From contig PPNB01000033.1 in NCBI GenBank assembly GCA_003707115.1, positions 1 to 64,000 on the forward strand: 64,000 nt of DNA, in the 5' to 3' direction. Of the stretch, positions 41,785 to 53,740 are shown in pieces. Origin of the DNA: Tortispora ganteri (Eukaryota). The first letter of the stretch is position 1, and the number at the start of each line of letters is the position of its first letter. The position numbers were made by a program, and so were the translations under genes. Under the pieces are notes generated by a model, which was not told the DNA's origin, ran no database searches, and saw only the letters and a list, made by a program, of their open reading frames with translations.

Positions 41785-44700
41785 CTAGACTCCAACCCAA
41801 CGGCGGGCTGACATGAACATTCTCATCCACGGTCCATACTGGCCCCATTCTGTTCCTTCTTCTTTAGGGTACCACGAGTTAGCTTCTTTCAAAAAAATGC
41901 GCTCCGGATGAGGCATAAGTGCAAAAACACGTCCGTTCACTGACCTTACACCGGCGATTCCAGATGGTGATCCGTTTGGATTAAACGGGAACTTTTCGGT
42001 GACTTTGCCGTAGTTGTCAACATATCGCAGTCCTACACCTCCAGACGATGTCAGCGATTTCAGCTTACTGATATCCGAAAACTGTGCACGGCCTTCTCCA
42101 TGCGCAACAACAACAGGCAGCTTAGATCCCCACATACCATGCAGAAATACGTTAGGTGCCTTGGCTTCTTCAACAATCTCTACCATGCATACGCGTGCCT
42201 CGTACTGCTCAGATATGTTTCTCTCGAAGGTCGGCCAGTCTTCCGTACCAGGTATGATCTCTCGTATTCGGCTCAAAAATTGACACCCATTGCAAACACC
42301 AAGCGCGAAAGTATCAGTACGCTCATTGAAAAATCGTTCAAATTCTTTGCGCATCTCCGGGTGATACAAGACAGATTTGGCCCATCCGTTACCAGCACCA
42401 AGGACATCGCCATACGAAAATCCACCACAAGCAGCAAGGCCAACAAAATCATCCAACTTAACCTGGCCCCTAAGAATATCAGTCATGTGAACATCTATAG
42501 CATCAAATCCAGCTGCAGAAAAAGCATATGCCATTTCCATCTGCCCATTAACACCTTGCTCACGCAATATTGCAACCTTCGGCCTGCTCGTAACTGGGTT
42601 AGGAATCAGAGTTTCTTTCACATCAAATGATAACCTGTAAAACAAACCAGGATCGGAGTCATCAGTGATAGCCATATATTCTTGATCGGCTGTCTTAGGA
42701 TTGTCTCTCAGTCGCTGCATCTTATATGAAGTGAGCGCCCAAGCCTGTTGCAGATTTGCTCGAGAGCTTTCGAATATTTTAACCTTATCGCTGGTATAGA
42801 TGGCTATCTGTTGACTCTTTTCTTTAGACAACTTGGCAATAGGCTGAATCATGGATTCAGGGAACCCATTTGTTCTGAATGCAGTCATGAAATCTGCAAC
42901 TTTATGATTCTTAACTTGAAACACTGCACCAAGTTCTTCGTTGAACAAGTATTTAACGACATTTCCTGTGGATTTTATCGTTTCTGGCAGTTCAATGTCC
43001 AAGCCAACACGGCCAGCAAAGGCCATTTCAAGTAATGTGGTGATGAGGCCGCCGTCCGAACGGTCATGATACGCTAATACTAAATCGTTATCGTGTAATG
43101 TGCGAGTAGCCGCAACAAATGATTTCAGCAATCCAGCATCGACAACGTCAGGAACACTGTCGCCAACTTGCTTGTAAACTTGCGCCAAGGCAGAGCCTCC
43201 TAGTCGGGCATTACCATCTGCTAGATCAACAAAAAATAACGTAGACTCTGAATCATTAGTATCCCGAATAATTTGAGGGGTCCAAGTAGCTGAGGTATTC
43301 ACAACGGAAGAAAACGCTGTGATAATTAAGGTGAGAGGTGAGATCACTTCCTTGTTCTCTTTGGTAGTAGTATCTTCCCATTTCATTTTCATCGACAACG
43401 AATCTTTCCCAACTGGTATACTTATGCCTAGTGCAGGACACAAATGCATTCCAATTGCCTCCACGGCTTCATATAAACCGGCACCTTCTCCTTCATGATG
43501 AGCAGCTGACATCCAATTAGCTGAGAGTTTGACTGCGCACAGGTCCGGAATATTGGCGGCAACTAAATTAGTAATAGATTCAGCTACTGCCATGCAAGCA
43601 GACGCTTTAGGTGATATCAATGCCAAGGACGGTCTTTCGCCCATCGCCATACATTCACCTAATGTAGATGAACCAAGAGACGACATAGTCACACCGACGT
43701 CAGAAACTGGTACCTGCCACGGTCCGACCATTTGGTCTCGAGCCACAAGGCCACTAACACTTCTGTCACCAATAGTAATCAAGAATGATTTAGAACCAAC
43801 AGCGGGGAGCTTCAACACTCTATTTACACAGTCATAAAGCTTTTCCGACAATTCAGTAGAGTTGATATATGGGGCCAAGGTCTCATTAAAAGCAGGAATC
43901 TTTTGCTTGCGAGTATTAGAAATAAGAGACATCTTTGGCGGTTTACCAAATAGAACAGACATATCAATGTCAACAACGTTGTCTTTAAGTAATCTATCAG
44001 TGACCACAAGTCTTTGTTCTTCAGTTGCAGTGCCTACAACACCGTAGGTACAAGACTCACGTTCGCAGATAGCAATGAACTTATCGACATTTTCAGGCAA
44101 CACCGCCAAAACATAACGTTCTTGAGCTTCACAACACCATATTTCCATAGGAGACATGCTGGGGTCAGTGCACGGAACATCACGGATCTCGAAAACAGCG
44201 CCAAGTCCATTGTCGTGAACAAGCTCGGGGAAGGCATTAGATAATCCTCCTGCTCCCACGTCATGAACTGACAGTATAATGTTCTCATCACCCATAGAAG
44301 CGCAAGAATCTATTACTTCTTGTGCTCTGCGTTCCATTTCCGCATTTTCACGCTGAACTGACGCAAAATCAAGTTCTGCAGCAGCATCACCCGATGCTAC
44401 ACTAGATGCTGCACCACCACCTAAACCAATTAGCATAGCAGGTCCTCCTAAAACAATCAACTTTGAGCCTGGAGGAACTGTGGCATTCTTGAGAGCGTTC
44501 ATTGGTCTCACAGTACCAAGACCACCAGCAATCATGATAGGTTTGTGGTAACCCCTTATTTCGCTCTTTGAGTTTGAGATAGGCACTATAGTGGTGAGGG
44601 TTCTGAAGTAACCTGTAATACACGGACGGCCAAATTCGTTGCTGAAAGATGCGGAACCGATAGGGGCTTTGAGCATAATATCTAGGGCCGATGAAATATG

Positions 44701-45888
44701 CATAGGTTTGCCAACATCTATTTCCCAGGGCATCTGATGATCTGGAATGAGAAGATCAGACACAGTGAATCCTGCAAGACCTGCCTTCGGTTTTGAACCT
44801 CTACCTACGGCACCTTCATCACGAATTTCACCACCTGAGCCAGTGGCAGCGCCAGCAAAGGGAGATACTGCAGTTGGATGGTTATGAGTTTCGACCTTGG
44901 CGACAAAAGGAACATCTTCCTTTCTACGCTGCCAAAGATGAGTTTGCGAATTATAAAAGAAGTAAGACGAAGGTCCAGCGCCCTCAATGACGGCAGCGTT
45001 ATCAGAATACGCCGAAACCGTGTATTTAGGATTAAGCTGGTGAGTATTTCTAATCATTGAGAACAGAGAACGAGGTTTAGATTCACCGTCAATTTTCCAT
45101 TCAGCATTGAATATCTTATGACGACAATGTTCAGAGTTCACTTGAGCAAACATGAAGAGCTCAGCATCTGTGAGAGCTTTATCTGAATTAGCAAAAGCTT
45201 CAGCAAGATACGCAATCTCAGGCGGGGCTAATGCAAGTCCTAAACGTGTATTTGCATCTTCGAGAATGGCCTGGGGCGACTTACCAAGGGGAATTTGGAT
45301 CAGTGGTTTAGGAGAGGAGACCTGGAAAAGATCAGAAGCGGTAGGGGCAGTAGAAAGAAATATTTTTTGAGTCATCCTGTCGTAGAGCAAATCTAAAAAT
45401 GTAGGAGACTCTAAGTATGATGAGAAAGGGAAGCCTTTTCTGACTTGTATCAAATAGATGAGGCCACGTTCGATACGGGAAAGTTGATCGCCTAGGCCGC
45501 ATACAACGGCAATATTGGTAGCTTTAGAAGACCAAGGAGAAGTTGTACCTGGTCGAGGGATGACGCGCACCAGATATGAGTCAGCTTCTGTGTGCGAAAA
45601 ATGAGTGTCTTGCGCTGACGTGACAAGAAGAGACTGCAAGGGATCATTTAGATCGGGGGGATTATCGTACTTCAAGAGAGTCTCTAAAAGCTGACGTTCA
45701 TCAGAGGATCTGGAAAATAAAGGCGAGTTTTCAGATAACACTGCAATGTAATGAACGTAAATCGACGCGATAGCAGTAATTGCATTAGAATTGACAGCGG
45801 TATTCAAGGTAGATTGAAGAGAAGAGATTCTAAAAGGGGACAGAGCGACAGGGCCCGGCAGAGCCAACATTGGGATTTTGTCACTCAT
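41785..45888 (-). CDS. ADE6: Phosphoribosylformylglycinamidine synthase
   Basis: [55 protein letters not shown] at 45888 (or 45870). Confidence 0.99.
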   Translation of the reverse strand: MSDKIPMLALPGPVALSPFRISSLQSTLNTAVNSNAITAIASIYVHYIAVLSENSPLFSRSSDERQLLETLLKYDNPPDLNDPLQSLLVTSAQDTHFSHTEADSYLVRVIPRPGTTSPWSSKATNIAVVCGLGDQLSRIERGLIYLIQVRKGFPFSSYLESPTFLDLLYDRMTQKIFLSTAPTASDLFQVSSPKPLIQIPLGKSPQAILEDANTRLGLALAPPEIAYLAEAFANSDKALTDAELFMFAQVNSEHCRHKIFNAEWKIDGESKPRSLFSMIRNTHQLNPKYTVSAYSDNAAVIEGAGPSSYFFYNSQTHLWQRRKEDVPFVAKVETHNHPTAVSPFAGAATGSGGEIRDEGAVGRGSKPKAGLAGFTVSDLLIPDHQMPWEIDVGKPMHISSALDIMLKAPIGSASFSNEFGRPCITGYFRTLTTIVPISNSKSEIRGYHKPIMIAGGLGTVRPMNALKNATVPPGSKLIVLGGPAMLIGLGGGAASSVASGDAAAELDFASVQRENAEMERRAQEVIDSCASMGDENIILSVHDVGAGGLSNAFPELVHDNGLGAVFEIRDVPCTDPSMSPMEIWCCEAQERYVLAVLPENVDKFIAICERESCTYGVVGTATEEQRLVVTDRLLKDNVVDIDMSVLFGKPPKMSLISNTRKQKIPAFNETLAPYINSTELSEKLYDCVNRVLKLPAVGSKSFLITIGDRSVSGLVARDQMVGPWQVPVSDVGVTMSSLGSSTLGECMAMGERPSLALISPKASACMAVAESITNLVAANIPDLCAVKLSANWMSAAHHEGEGAGLYEAVEAIGMHLCPALGISIPVGKDSLSMKMKWEDTTTKENKEVISPLTLIITAFSSVVNTSATWTPQIIRDTNDSESTLFFVDLADGNARLGGSALAQVYKQVGDSVPDVVDAGLLKSFVAATRTLHDNDLVLAYHDRSDGGLITTLLEMAFAGRVGLDIELPETIKSTGNVVKYLFNEELGAVFQVKNHKVADFMTAFRTNGFPESMIQPIAKLSKEKSQQIAIYTSDKVKIFESSRANLQQAWALTSYKMQRLRDNPKTADQEYMAITDDSDPGLFYRLSFDVKETLIPNPVTSRPKVAILREQGVNGQMEMAYAFSAAGFDAIDVHMTDILRGQVKLDDFVGLAACGGFSYGDVLGAGNGWAKSVLYHPEMRKEFERFFNERTDTFALGVCNGCQFLSRIREIIPGTEDWPTFERNISEQYEARVCMVEIVEEAKAPNVFLHGMWGSKLPVVVAHGEGRAQFSDISKLKSLTSSGGVGLRYVDNYGKVTEKFPFNPNGSPSGIAGVRSVNGRVFALMPHPERIFLKEANSWYPKEEGTEWGQYGPWMRMFMSARRWVGV

Positions 45889-46303
45889 TAGTATAAAGAG
45901 TTGCTCAGAAAAAAGAGCAACACTCAAAGATTAGTAAATATAAGAGAAAGCTCAATCTAAAGAAAACAAAGACTGAAAGGTTGTGACTTCGCTGCCAGTG
46001 CTTTCGTAAATTTTTTTTTAGTAGAAGAGGGAGGTTTTTGTGGTGAAGGCCTTACTAGATAGAAACGGGAAAAGCAACGGAGTGATGAAAAAAAAGTTAA
46101 TAAGTATTATCCAATAAAAGTAGTTAATTTAATTTTAATGTTTTGACTTGGCTCATGAAGTCTCACCCTATTCAAGTAAGTAGATCTAGACTTTCGTTTA
46201 AATAAGCAGTAAAATAGTCTAGTAAAAAAGTACAATGATATGAATACAACCAAATAGTAGTTATTTGCGTATTTTAAAGTTCCATTACAGTATAACAGTG
46301 CTG

Positions 46304-47017
46304 CTATTCTGATCTGAGTTTCTTTTGCGGGGGTTCTTCTATCGCATCACCCTCATTATTTTCTTCATCTTCTTCATCTTCTTCATCTTCTTCATCTTCT
46401 TCGCTTAAACTGATATCAGATTCATCTTCTTCCTCATAAAGTTCCTTTATTGCATCTACATAGTATTTCGCAGCATTGGGATACAAATCTTCACATATCG
46501 ATGCAGCTATTTCTACTGCTTCTGGAAACGTTTCTTTATCATCACCATTGAATGCAAAGAAATCAAAAAAGCTAGGTGCAGCACCTTTTTCCCTCTTAGT
46601 CAAATCTTTGCCTGTCTTCCATTTGATCTCTACTGGTGTAGATTCGTATGTTATATCTTGCCCGCGCTTACTGATAGCTTTGAACTTCTTAGTGATCTCT
46701 GTCTGCTCGAGGAACTCGTTATTGCTAAAAACAAACTTGATCTCAAAGCTTCTAATATCATCTTCATCCCTTTCGACTTCAATAGATTCAAGCATTTCAA
46801 GCAGTTCTTGATCATCTGGTGTGATATGCTTCTCAATTGCCTCTCCATACTGCTCTAACACCATAGGCCAGAATTTCGGGATCGATTTCAGCACCGCTTT
46901 CCTCTCTTCAAGAATTGGTTTGTATAGTTTATTCTGAAGCTTCATGACTTCTTCATCAGCTAACGCAAACCTCTCCTCCAGCTTAGAGAGCTCTTTGTGT
47001 GCCGATTCTTCGCTCAT
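46304..47017 (-). CDS. VPS75: NAP/SET family histone chaperone (Vps75-like)
   Basis: IPKFW, F.FSNNEF, ITKKF, PVEIKWK.GKDLT, SFFDFF, EDLYPNA.KYY; acidic tail and NLS PPQKKLR. Confidence 0.75.
   Translation of the reverse strand: MSEESAHKELSKLEERFALADEEVMKLQNKLYKPILEERKAVLKSIPKFWPMVLEQYGEAIEKHITPDDQELLEMLESIEVERDEDDIRSFEIKFVFSNNEFLEQTEITKKFKAISKRGQDITYESTPVEIKWKTGKDLTKREKGAAPSFFDFFAFNGDDKETFPEAVEIAASICEDLYPNAAKYYVDAIKELYEEEDESDISLSEEDEEDEEDEEDEENNEGDAIEEPPQKKLRSE
46361..46402. repeat. Coding 9-bp tandem repeat (TTCTTCATC) x ~4.7
   Basis: Directly visible; encodes (EED)n in the acidic tail. Confidence 0.9.
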
Positions 47018-47231
47018 CCTTAAAAGCAGAAAAATCTAATATGTAAAACAAATAGTGTTATGTGTTCTCGAAAGTTCAGTCCTCTGTGATCATCTAAAGG
47101 CTCACTTTCACACACCCCCGCACACTTCGAATACCATTGTAAACCTCAAGTATTAGTTATGAGAAAGACAAGAAATTTAACATAGAATGCAATTTATTGT
47201 CTTTACAATTCATATACTAAAAGCTACCAGC

Positions 47232-47239
47232 AAAAAAAA
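47232..47239 (-). terminator. Pol III oligo-T terminator of tRNA-Pro
   Basis: T8 run on the minus strand 3 nt after the discriminator base. Confidence 0.85.
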
Positions 47240-47241
47240 CA

Positions 47242-47332
47242 GGGCTCGGCCGGGAATTGAACCCGGGACCTCTCGCATTTAAGCTCAGGAGTTAGACCCT
47301 AAGCGAGAATTATACCACTAAACCACCGAGCC
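47242..47332 (-). tRNA. tRNA-Pro(AGG) with 19-nt intron (47296-47278)
   Basis: GGCTCGG/CCGAGCC acceptor stem, D arm TGGTTTAGTGGT, CTCGC-TT-AGG-G[intron]T-GCGAG, T arm GGTTCAATTCC; T8 terminator follows. Confidence 0.96.
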
Positions 47333-47459
47333 ACTATTTGGTTGATAACAAAATTCGTCGTGCTATGATAAGGTGCTCAGTATTATAATATCTCAATGCA
47401 TAAACAACCTGAACGTCACATATACTTAACTACTTCAGTTAAAACAGGAACAATTGATT

Positions 47460-49631
47460 TCATTCAGATTGTAAATCAGATATAGTATCTGCTACATTTG
47501 CAGCATACTCCAGCATTAAGAAGTTAATCTTGTCTATTCTGCTGACATGGTTGCGAGCAAATACCACTTTGGTGTAAGGCTCGATAACATCGAGGTTCTC
47601 CGAGAATATCGATTTAGGAGGTTCTGGAGCCACAATTAAAGCTTTCAAAGCCGGTAGCCTATAAAAAGTTTGCCATAAAAAAACCCACAAGCATCCCTGC
47701 TTAAGTTGGAAGCATTTTTTGTACATTTCTTCGGCGCATGCCTTCTGTACCTGTTTGATCCAATCGTCCGTTGAATCCGGGAATAAATATTTTTTGATAG
47801 ATTCCATTTGTTCTTCATAAAGTTTCACTATTTGAGAACTTACATGGCTCTTATAATCATAAGAATTCGTTTGAGAACATTGACATTTGCCTTGGGCATG
47901 AACACCTTTTCGGTTGATTGGATTAACACCAAAACAGGGTTCCACTTCTGGAATAACTTCTGCGACTTCTTCAGGATCATAGCTCGCTATTTTATCAGGC
48001 TGACCGTTGAACCTTGTACTTGGTTCAGTTCCGGATTCACTACTAGATGAGGAGTTGTAAAACCAGCGAAATTGGTTATTAAGACCGCCACCGGTACATG
48101 CGATCACTGAGAATTCTCCTGCTGTATCGGAAAATGATTTAACATCCTTGGAATGATCGTCATGAAAAACGTACTTAGGTCTAATTCCGCGATCATAAAG
48201 TATTTTGAAAGCAAACTGGACCGTATCTTTAATGACATCTGGTTGTTCAAATTGAAGAATTTCTGGTATCCAACCATGCCCAATCGGTATGCAAGACCCC
48301 TTATATTCGCAAAAAAAAATGCAACTAATGTGCTCGTGTTTCTTTCCCACTTCTGATTGAATATATACTGCCATATTTTCAACGCCTTCAGCGACAAGCG
48401 GTTTCAGCAGATTCTCATAAAGACAAATAAAAGAACCTTCTAGCGCAACATCGTATCCGTCTTCAGGAAATATGTCATAGTTGGGGATATCCTCATCACT
48501 GTGAAGTAAGCCAACTTCACGTTTCCCATTGATGCATTCTAAGTGACTCCGTTCAAAGCGTTCACTAGAAGCTTGAGCTTCGTCTTCTAAAGTTCTAACA
48601 GTGTAGTCGCGTAATTCTTCGGTGTACTTTCGAGCAGAGATTAAAGGCTGCTCGGGGTCGCGAAGCCAAACGTAGTCTTTCTGCCGATTTCGGAGATTCG
48701 TTAATTGAGCCAAAGTCATATTACAGGAAGCTTGTTTGAGTTCAGGATTTGTAGAGTTCTTCAGCGCTTGAAGTAGCTTCTTCGGGCCAAGTGAAATGTT
48801 CTTGCGAATAAAACGATTGATGCCTGATACATCCCTATTTTGAGGTAAGTGTGCAGGAGTATGGTATATGTGTGAATAAGCACAGTCAAACAATTTGAGA
48901 TGATTCAAATATTTAACTGTAAACTGGCCTCCTTTACAGGGATACTTTTTCCGGTTTTCGTCACTGACAGGTAGTTCATTCAAAATCTTTGGAGGAATCT
49001 CTTGTGAGCAACTAAAGGTGTAGCTCGCGCTATTCTCGCGGTAGGACGTAGATCTGAGTACAAACTTGAAGCCAGTTTCTTCTTGGATACGATCGCGGAT
49101 ATGCTTGTAGATATATTCCAGTAGTTTCTTGCGATATTCTGGTGAGAATTTCCTGTTATATCTGGGTCTTTTGCGACTGCTATTCTCACTATCATCGTAG
49201 GAATCATATTCGCCGCTATTATCACTGTCATTTTCGACTTCTTCGCTATCACTAAGTTCGTCTTTGTCAGTCTCAATAATGAATTTCGTATAAGGAAAGT
49301 CTTTCTTAGACTTATCTGCCAGGGCGTCAAGAAACTCGTTGAACAACAGCGGTTCCTCATCGATTTCGTTAAACATGCTAGAAGAGGAAAACCTATCTGC
49401 AATACGCTCATGACCCGATAACGTCATAAACTGGCGACAACGTTGTGCGCGCTTACGCTCGCGTGCTGCACGTCTGCATTGCGCACAAGTCCGGTGCAAT
49501 CCAACAGGACCATCCGCACGTGTCATCTGGACTTTGCATTGCGAACACAGTTTATATGGTATATTATTGGTTATACTACTACTCTTATGTTTCACAGTCG
49601 AGTCTTCTAAAACGTTACGAGTAGAGTCCAT
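47460..49631 (-). CDS. Mutator-like (MULE) transposase-derived protein, probably domesticated
   Basis: N-terminal CxxC...CxxC plus basic helix; FSCSQ...YPCKG...HIYH WRKY/FAR1-type Zn finger; WLRD...SA, CEYKGSCIPIG, GIRPKYVFHDD, EMY..C...LWVFLW..FY resemble fungal MULE transposase blocks. ATG at 49631. Confidence 0.6.
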   Translation of the reverse strand: MDSTRNVLEDSTVKHKSSSITNNIPYKLCSQCKVQMTRADGPVGLHRTCAQCRRAARERKRAQRCRQFMTLSGHERIADRFSSSSMFNEIDEEPLLFNEFLDALADKSKKDFPYTKFIIETDKDELSDSEEVENDSDNSGEYDSYDDSENSSRKRPRYNRKFSPEYRKKLLEYIYKHIRDRIQEETGFKFVLRSTSYRENSASYTFSCSQEIPPKILNELPVSDENRKKYPCKGGQFTVKYLNHLKLFDCAYSHIYHTPAHLPQNRDVSGINRFIRKNISLGPKKLLQALKNSTNPELKQASCNMTLAQLTNLRNRQKDYVWLRDPEQPLISARKYTEELRDYTVRTLEDEAQASSERFERSHLECINGKREVGLLHSDEDIPNYDIFPEDGYDVALEGSFICLYENLLKPLVAEGVENMAVYIQSEVGKKHEHISCIFFCEYKGSCIPIGHGWIPEILQFEQPDVIKDTVQFAFKILYDRGIRPKYVFHDDHSKDVKSFSDTAGEFSVIACTGGGLNNQFRWFYNSSSSSESGTEPSTRFNGQPDKIASYDPEEVAEVIPEVEPCFGVNPINRKGVHAQGKCQCSQTNSYDYKSHVSSQIVKLYEEQMESIKKYLFPDSTDDWIKQVQKACAEEMYKKCFQLKQGCLWVFLWQTFYRLPALKALIVAPEPPKSIFSENLDVIEPYTKVVFARNHVSRIDKINFLMLEYAANVADTISDLQSE

Positions 49632-49937
49632 TACTAATCGAGCAGGAAGCAAGCCGCGATGATCTCTCAATGCCTTTAGCGTTCATGAGATTGAGACTTT
49701 GATGCTGGTGTAGTTCTGTTTCTATAGCAACCAACAACTTGCCTGCCTCATGCGTCCTCCCCCCACCCATCGACCTATCCATCTAGCTATCTATCCACCT
49801 TCCGGAATCTAGTCGCCTCTGATTATTGGGCCTCCCTGCTACTCGAAGTCACAGCCTGTATTTGCATCAGGTGGACCTTTGTGAAGAATTACTAGTCAAG
49901 TCTTTAAGACGGCGGTAGCTGCACCTTTGTAAACACA

Positions 49938-52900
49938 ATGCCTGCGCCTTCTATCGTACTTACTCCGGCTGAGAAAAGCCTCTTTGCACAGCTTTTCCGC
50001 GCTGCCGATACCGACGGCGTTGGCGTGGTCACTGGCAATTCAGCAAGATCTCTTTTCGAAAAGTCCGGTCTTTCGCCTCTGCAACTAGGTGAGATATGGC
50101 AACTTTCCGATACCGAGAACGCCGGATTTCTAACCCAATTAGGCTTCTCTATCGCATGTCGTCTAATCGGTCATGTGCAGCACGGCAAGCCTACTAGAGC
50201 AGAACTTATATCTTCTCCCGGACCGTTACCTCGTTTTGATGGCATTAAACCTTCTCTGACAACTGCGCCGACTGCGTCCAACGCTGCTGCTGCTGCTTCG
50301 TCCTATAGGAATCCTCTCATAGATTCAGCTACGGATGCCGGATCCTCCGTTCCTCCTTTAAACTCAGCCGACAGGTCTCGATTTGCATCTCTGTTTGAGC
50401 GGACTGCTCCTGATGGTATTCTTTCGGGTGATAAGGCTCGGGAAATTTTTCTCAAGGCGCGCCTATCACCTGAGGTTCTCGGCCAAATATGGAATCTCGC
50501 TGACTTGAAGCAACGCGGCTTTTTAGAGAAGTCGGAATTCATCGTCGCGATGCACCTCATTCAAAATTGTCTGAATGGTTCTTTGAAATCTATTCCTAGT
50601 GCTATACCGCACTCTATTTATGCTGCTGCTGAAGGTGCAATCAATCCTGAACCTGTCGTCGACCTGTTTAACACCTCTCCGAAGGCACTGAATGCTAAGC
50701 CCCCTGCGCCGAATCCAAGGCATTCTATTACTTCACCTATTATCTCGGAAGCGGTGCAATCTTCTGATCGCAACAATTTCACGATGCCGCTTTCTTCTGA
50801 GCCCGCTTTTGCGGAACCACTTCCCGTGCCGCTTTCAGCCCGAGACCGATCCCGCTTTCAATCTCTCTTCAAATCTCTTGACACTAATCACTCCGGTCAA
50901 ATTGGACCTAACGAAGCAGTACCATTTTTGAAAAAGTCAAACTTGTCTGATACTATCCTAGCACAAATATGGGACTTGTCAGATAGACACAACACCGGAA
51001 CTTTTGACCAAGATGATTTCTGCGTTGCAATGTACTTTGTTGAACAAGCTTTGCATGGTAAGCCTCTACCATCTTCTATCGCAGAAGTGTCGCCTAATAT
51101 TGCTAATGAAAAACCTTCTTATCAAACCTCAACCACTCCAGTTGCACCTATGAGCCCCCCTGCAGGCCAGAAGAAAACTACTTTGGATGAATTGTTTGAT
51201 TTAAATGATGCGTTTAGCTCTTCTCCGGGTTTGCAAAATGATTTCACTGGATCATCTGCCAATTCGCAACCACTAACTGGAAGAGCATTGTCGAATGTTG
51301 TCTCACCAAGGGGCTCTGTCTTTGTTCCGCAATCCTCATTTGGGCAGCAAATGGCTGCTAACATCAAAAAGGTACCTATGGAATCATTTGAATCTGTTAC
51401 AGCATTAGGCAAATCTTCTAAAGCCTCTAATCCAGTTGTCACGCCTGTTAAGGCTCCTGAATCTGCATCTAGCTCGACTTTTGTCTCTGCGCCTGCACTT
51501 GCACCTGAGAGGGATCTTCTTGATTCTACAGATGATGTAGCAGTTCCCCAGGAAGCAACAGCTCTAGCTAACCTTGGCAATCAGGTTTCGTCTCTAACGA
51601 GCCAAACTCAGGGTCTTGTAAATAAGCGCTCTAGCCTGGAAGAGTCTGCTAGTTTGGCGAGCAAAGCCAAAAGCGAAATTGAGGCGAAATTATCTCAATT
51701 GCGACAAATATATGATGTTGAAGTGATAAAAGTGCAAGAGGCAGAGGCTCGGTTGGAACAATCACGCAAAGAAACATTGGATTTGCGTCGCGACTTCTCT
51801 GTATTAGAAGCTACTTATCATGCTTTGCAAGCACGTTACCAGGAAACTTCATCTGCATTGGAATTGGACCAAAATGAAAATTTGGCCCTTAAAGAGAAAA
51901 TCAAAGTGACCAACGAAGAGATTTCTCGTCTTAACGTTGAGCTTGAAAAGTTAGAGAAGGAGTCTCGACACGTTAAAGGACTGATTGCTATCAACAAAAA
52001 GCAATTTGCTACTGTGGAGGGCACTATGGCTTCTTCTCAAGCGGAAGCTGCTACTTTACGGCATGAGATACAAGATGCGCAGCAAGAATTATCCTCCTTT
52101 AAGAATAACAAAGAGATAACCGCAACGGACGCTGGTGCTTCCTTTACAAAGTCACATCCAAGTTCATCTCAAGACAACATTCTCTATCCTGTAAGTGATG
52201 CTATTCAAAGCGATGGACTGAATTTGCATGCCGAAAGTGAGACAGAAGATGTGGGTGAAAATGTATCGCGTTCTCTCAATACCGGTAACGTTGCTGCGAC
52301 AATGTCACCGTCCTCTTCCAGTGGACCAAGTTTGGACACCAACATCTCTTCACTCCCTCCTCCTGATGCCAGTACAGGATTTTCTTCATCAATGATGCCA
52401 TTAGTTACCGGAGTTTCGAATGTCAACTCTGTATTATTTGCACGTTCTGGATCTGTTTCGTCTTCTGTCCAAAACAATGCACCATTGTCGGTGCGAGGTG
52501 ACATTGATACGTCTCGACCTATAACTCCTGAGTCCAGCGTCACAAACGCGGCTCATGTGGCATCATTAGCCGATGCATCTGAAACCAATGATGCGCCATC
52601 TGACGTGTTTTCTACACAAGCTGCTGCTTCAGGGTCAGAGCAACAAAGCAGGGCAACCTCTTCTCAGGACAGTAGAGCTTCATATGAATCATTTGAGCCG
52701 GTCAATCTACCTGGAACTTTCCCTGGATCTGAAGATGATTATAGAAAGGCTGAGAGCGGTACGGTTCATGCTAGTGTTGGGGATTCCTTTAACGATCATG
52801 TTGTGGATACATACGGTTCTACTGAAAACCCTGGGTCTACTGCCACTCTCGAAGCGTCTGAGATCGAGGCGTCATCTTTACCTCCCATTTCTGAAAGATT

Positions 52901-53681
52901 ATCGATCAATGAAGAGTTTCCACCTATACATGAATTAGAAATCGATGAGTCAAGCAGCGAAACAGAGGATGAAACTGACAATATGTATTCAGAAAGCCCC
53001 GATGCCAAATCATTGGAACCTATCGATACGGTGAAAGAAAATAGTGATGGAAGCGATATTGTTTCAAACTCTAATAATGATATGCCCGAATTACTGCAGG
53101 TCGCTTTAGACTCTTCTTCTGCCACCACTACTCCTGCAGACCCTAATTCTGATGTGATTCATTCTCCAGTTCCTGTGCACGCCTCTCAGTCTCTATCAGG
53201 TATCAACGGTCTAGATATGAATACCGCCAATGCTGCTGGTAATAGCGTTGTGGAAACTTCTAGAAGTGCAACTGATACTCCAGATTTTGACGATGAATTC
53301 AGCGGACTTCAAGATGCTACAGAGGAAGCAGAAGAAGCCAATCTGAGCGCCGATATTTCCTACGACATGCAAAATGAGGAATCCGTATTTGGAGATTTCA
53401 ATGCATTTGCTAAACAGAACCTTGCAGGAGTAGATGTTGAAAAGATACAAGAGAGCACAGATGGTAAAGACGAATGGGATGAGATTTTTGCTGATTTCAG
53501 TAAACCTGGGGCAGAAGCTGTCATAGAAGACGTGGCGGCGCCTATTGAACTTACTCCGCAAAGAAACGGACCGTTGGGCGAGTTGTTGTCTATGGGCTTT
53601 AAGGAAGAAGCAGCGAAGGCGGCTCTGGATACGCACGGCGGGGATCTGGCTCAAGCTACTAACTATCTTCTAGACAGCTAG
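49938..53681 (+). CDS. EDE1: Endocytic scaffold Ede1/Eps15 (3 EH domains, coiled coil, UBA)
   Basis: Three L.QIW.L.D EH repeats, long coiled coil, C-terminal LLSMGF...ATNYLLD UBA. Confidence 0.95.
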   Translation: MPAPSIVLTPAEKSLFAQLFRAADTDGVGVVTGNSARSLFEKSGLSPLQLGEIWQLSDTENAGFLTQLGFSIACRLIGHVQHGKPTRAELISSPGPLPRFDGIKPSLTTAPTASNAAAAASSYRNPLIDSATDAGSSVPPLNSADRSRFASLFERTAPDGILSGDKAREIFLKARLSPEVLGQIWNLADLKQRGFLEKSEFIVAMHLIQNCLNGSLKSIPSAIPHSIYAAAEGAINPEPVVDLFNTSPKALNAKPPAPNPRHSITSPIISEAVQSSDRNNFTMPLSSEPAFAEPLPVPLSARDRSRFQSLFKSLDTNHSGQIGPNEAVPFLKKSNLSDTILAQIWDLSDRHNTGTFDQDDFCVAMYFVEQALHGKPLPSSIAEVSPNIANEKPSYQTSTTPVAPMSPPAGQKKTTLDELFDLNDAFSSSPGLQNDFTGSSANSQPLTGRALSNVVSPRGSVFVPQSSFGQQMAANIKKVPMESFESVTALGKSSKASNPVVTPVKAPESASSSTFVSAPALAPERDLLDSTDDVAVPQEATALANLGNQVSSLTSQTQGLVNKRSSLEESASLASKAKSEIEAKLSQLRQIYDVEVIKVQEAEARLEQSRKETLDLRRDFSVLEATYHALQARYQETSSALELDQNENLALKEKIKVTNEEISRLNVELEKLEKESRHVKGLIAINKKQFATVEGTMASSQAEAATLRHEIQDAQQELSSFKNNKEITATDAGASFTKSHPSSSQDNILYPVSDAIQSDGLNLHAESETEDVGENVSRSLNTGNVAATMSPSSSSGPSLDTNISSLPPPDASTGFSSSMMPLVTGVSNVNSVLFARSGSVSSSVQNNAPLSVRGDIDTSRPITPESSVTNAAHVASLADASETNDAPSDVFSTQAAASGSEQQSRATSSQDSRASYESFEPVNLPGTFPGSEDDYRKAESGTVHASVGDSFNDHVVDTYGSTENPGSTATLEASEIEASSLPPISERLSINEEFPPIHELEIDESSSETEDETDNMYSESPDAKSLEPIDTVKENSDGSDIVSNSNNDMPELLQVALDSSSATTTPADPNSDVIHSPVPVHASQSLSGINGLDMNTANAAGNSVVETSRSATDTPDFDDEFSGLQDATEEAEEANLSADISYDMQNEESVFGDFNAFAKQNLAGVDVEKIQESTDGKDEWDEIFADFSKPGAEAVIEDVAAPIELTPQRNGPLGELLSMGFKEEAAKAALDTHGGDLAQATNYLLDS

Positions 53682-53740
53682 CGGTGAGATATCTATTATT
53701 ACTTTATAACTGGAGTAGTTTTGTAAGAAGATGCAGAGAG

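Noticed and set aside
14210..45888. IMD, SAH1, RKI1 and ADE6 (and SMP3, PGA1, GAS) as functional clusters
   Set aside because: Separated by many unrelated genes; compatible with chance in a compact genome.
47333..49937. Intact DNA transposon or tRNA-targeted LTR element
   Set aside because: No terminal inverted repeats, LTRs or target-site duplication visible around the MULE-like ORF.
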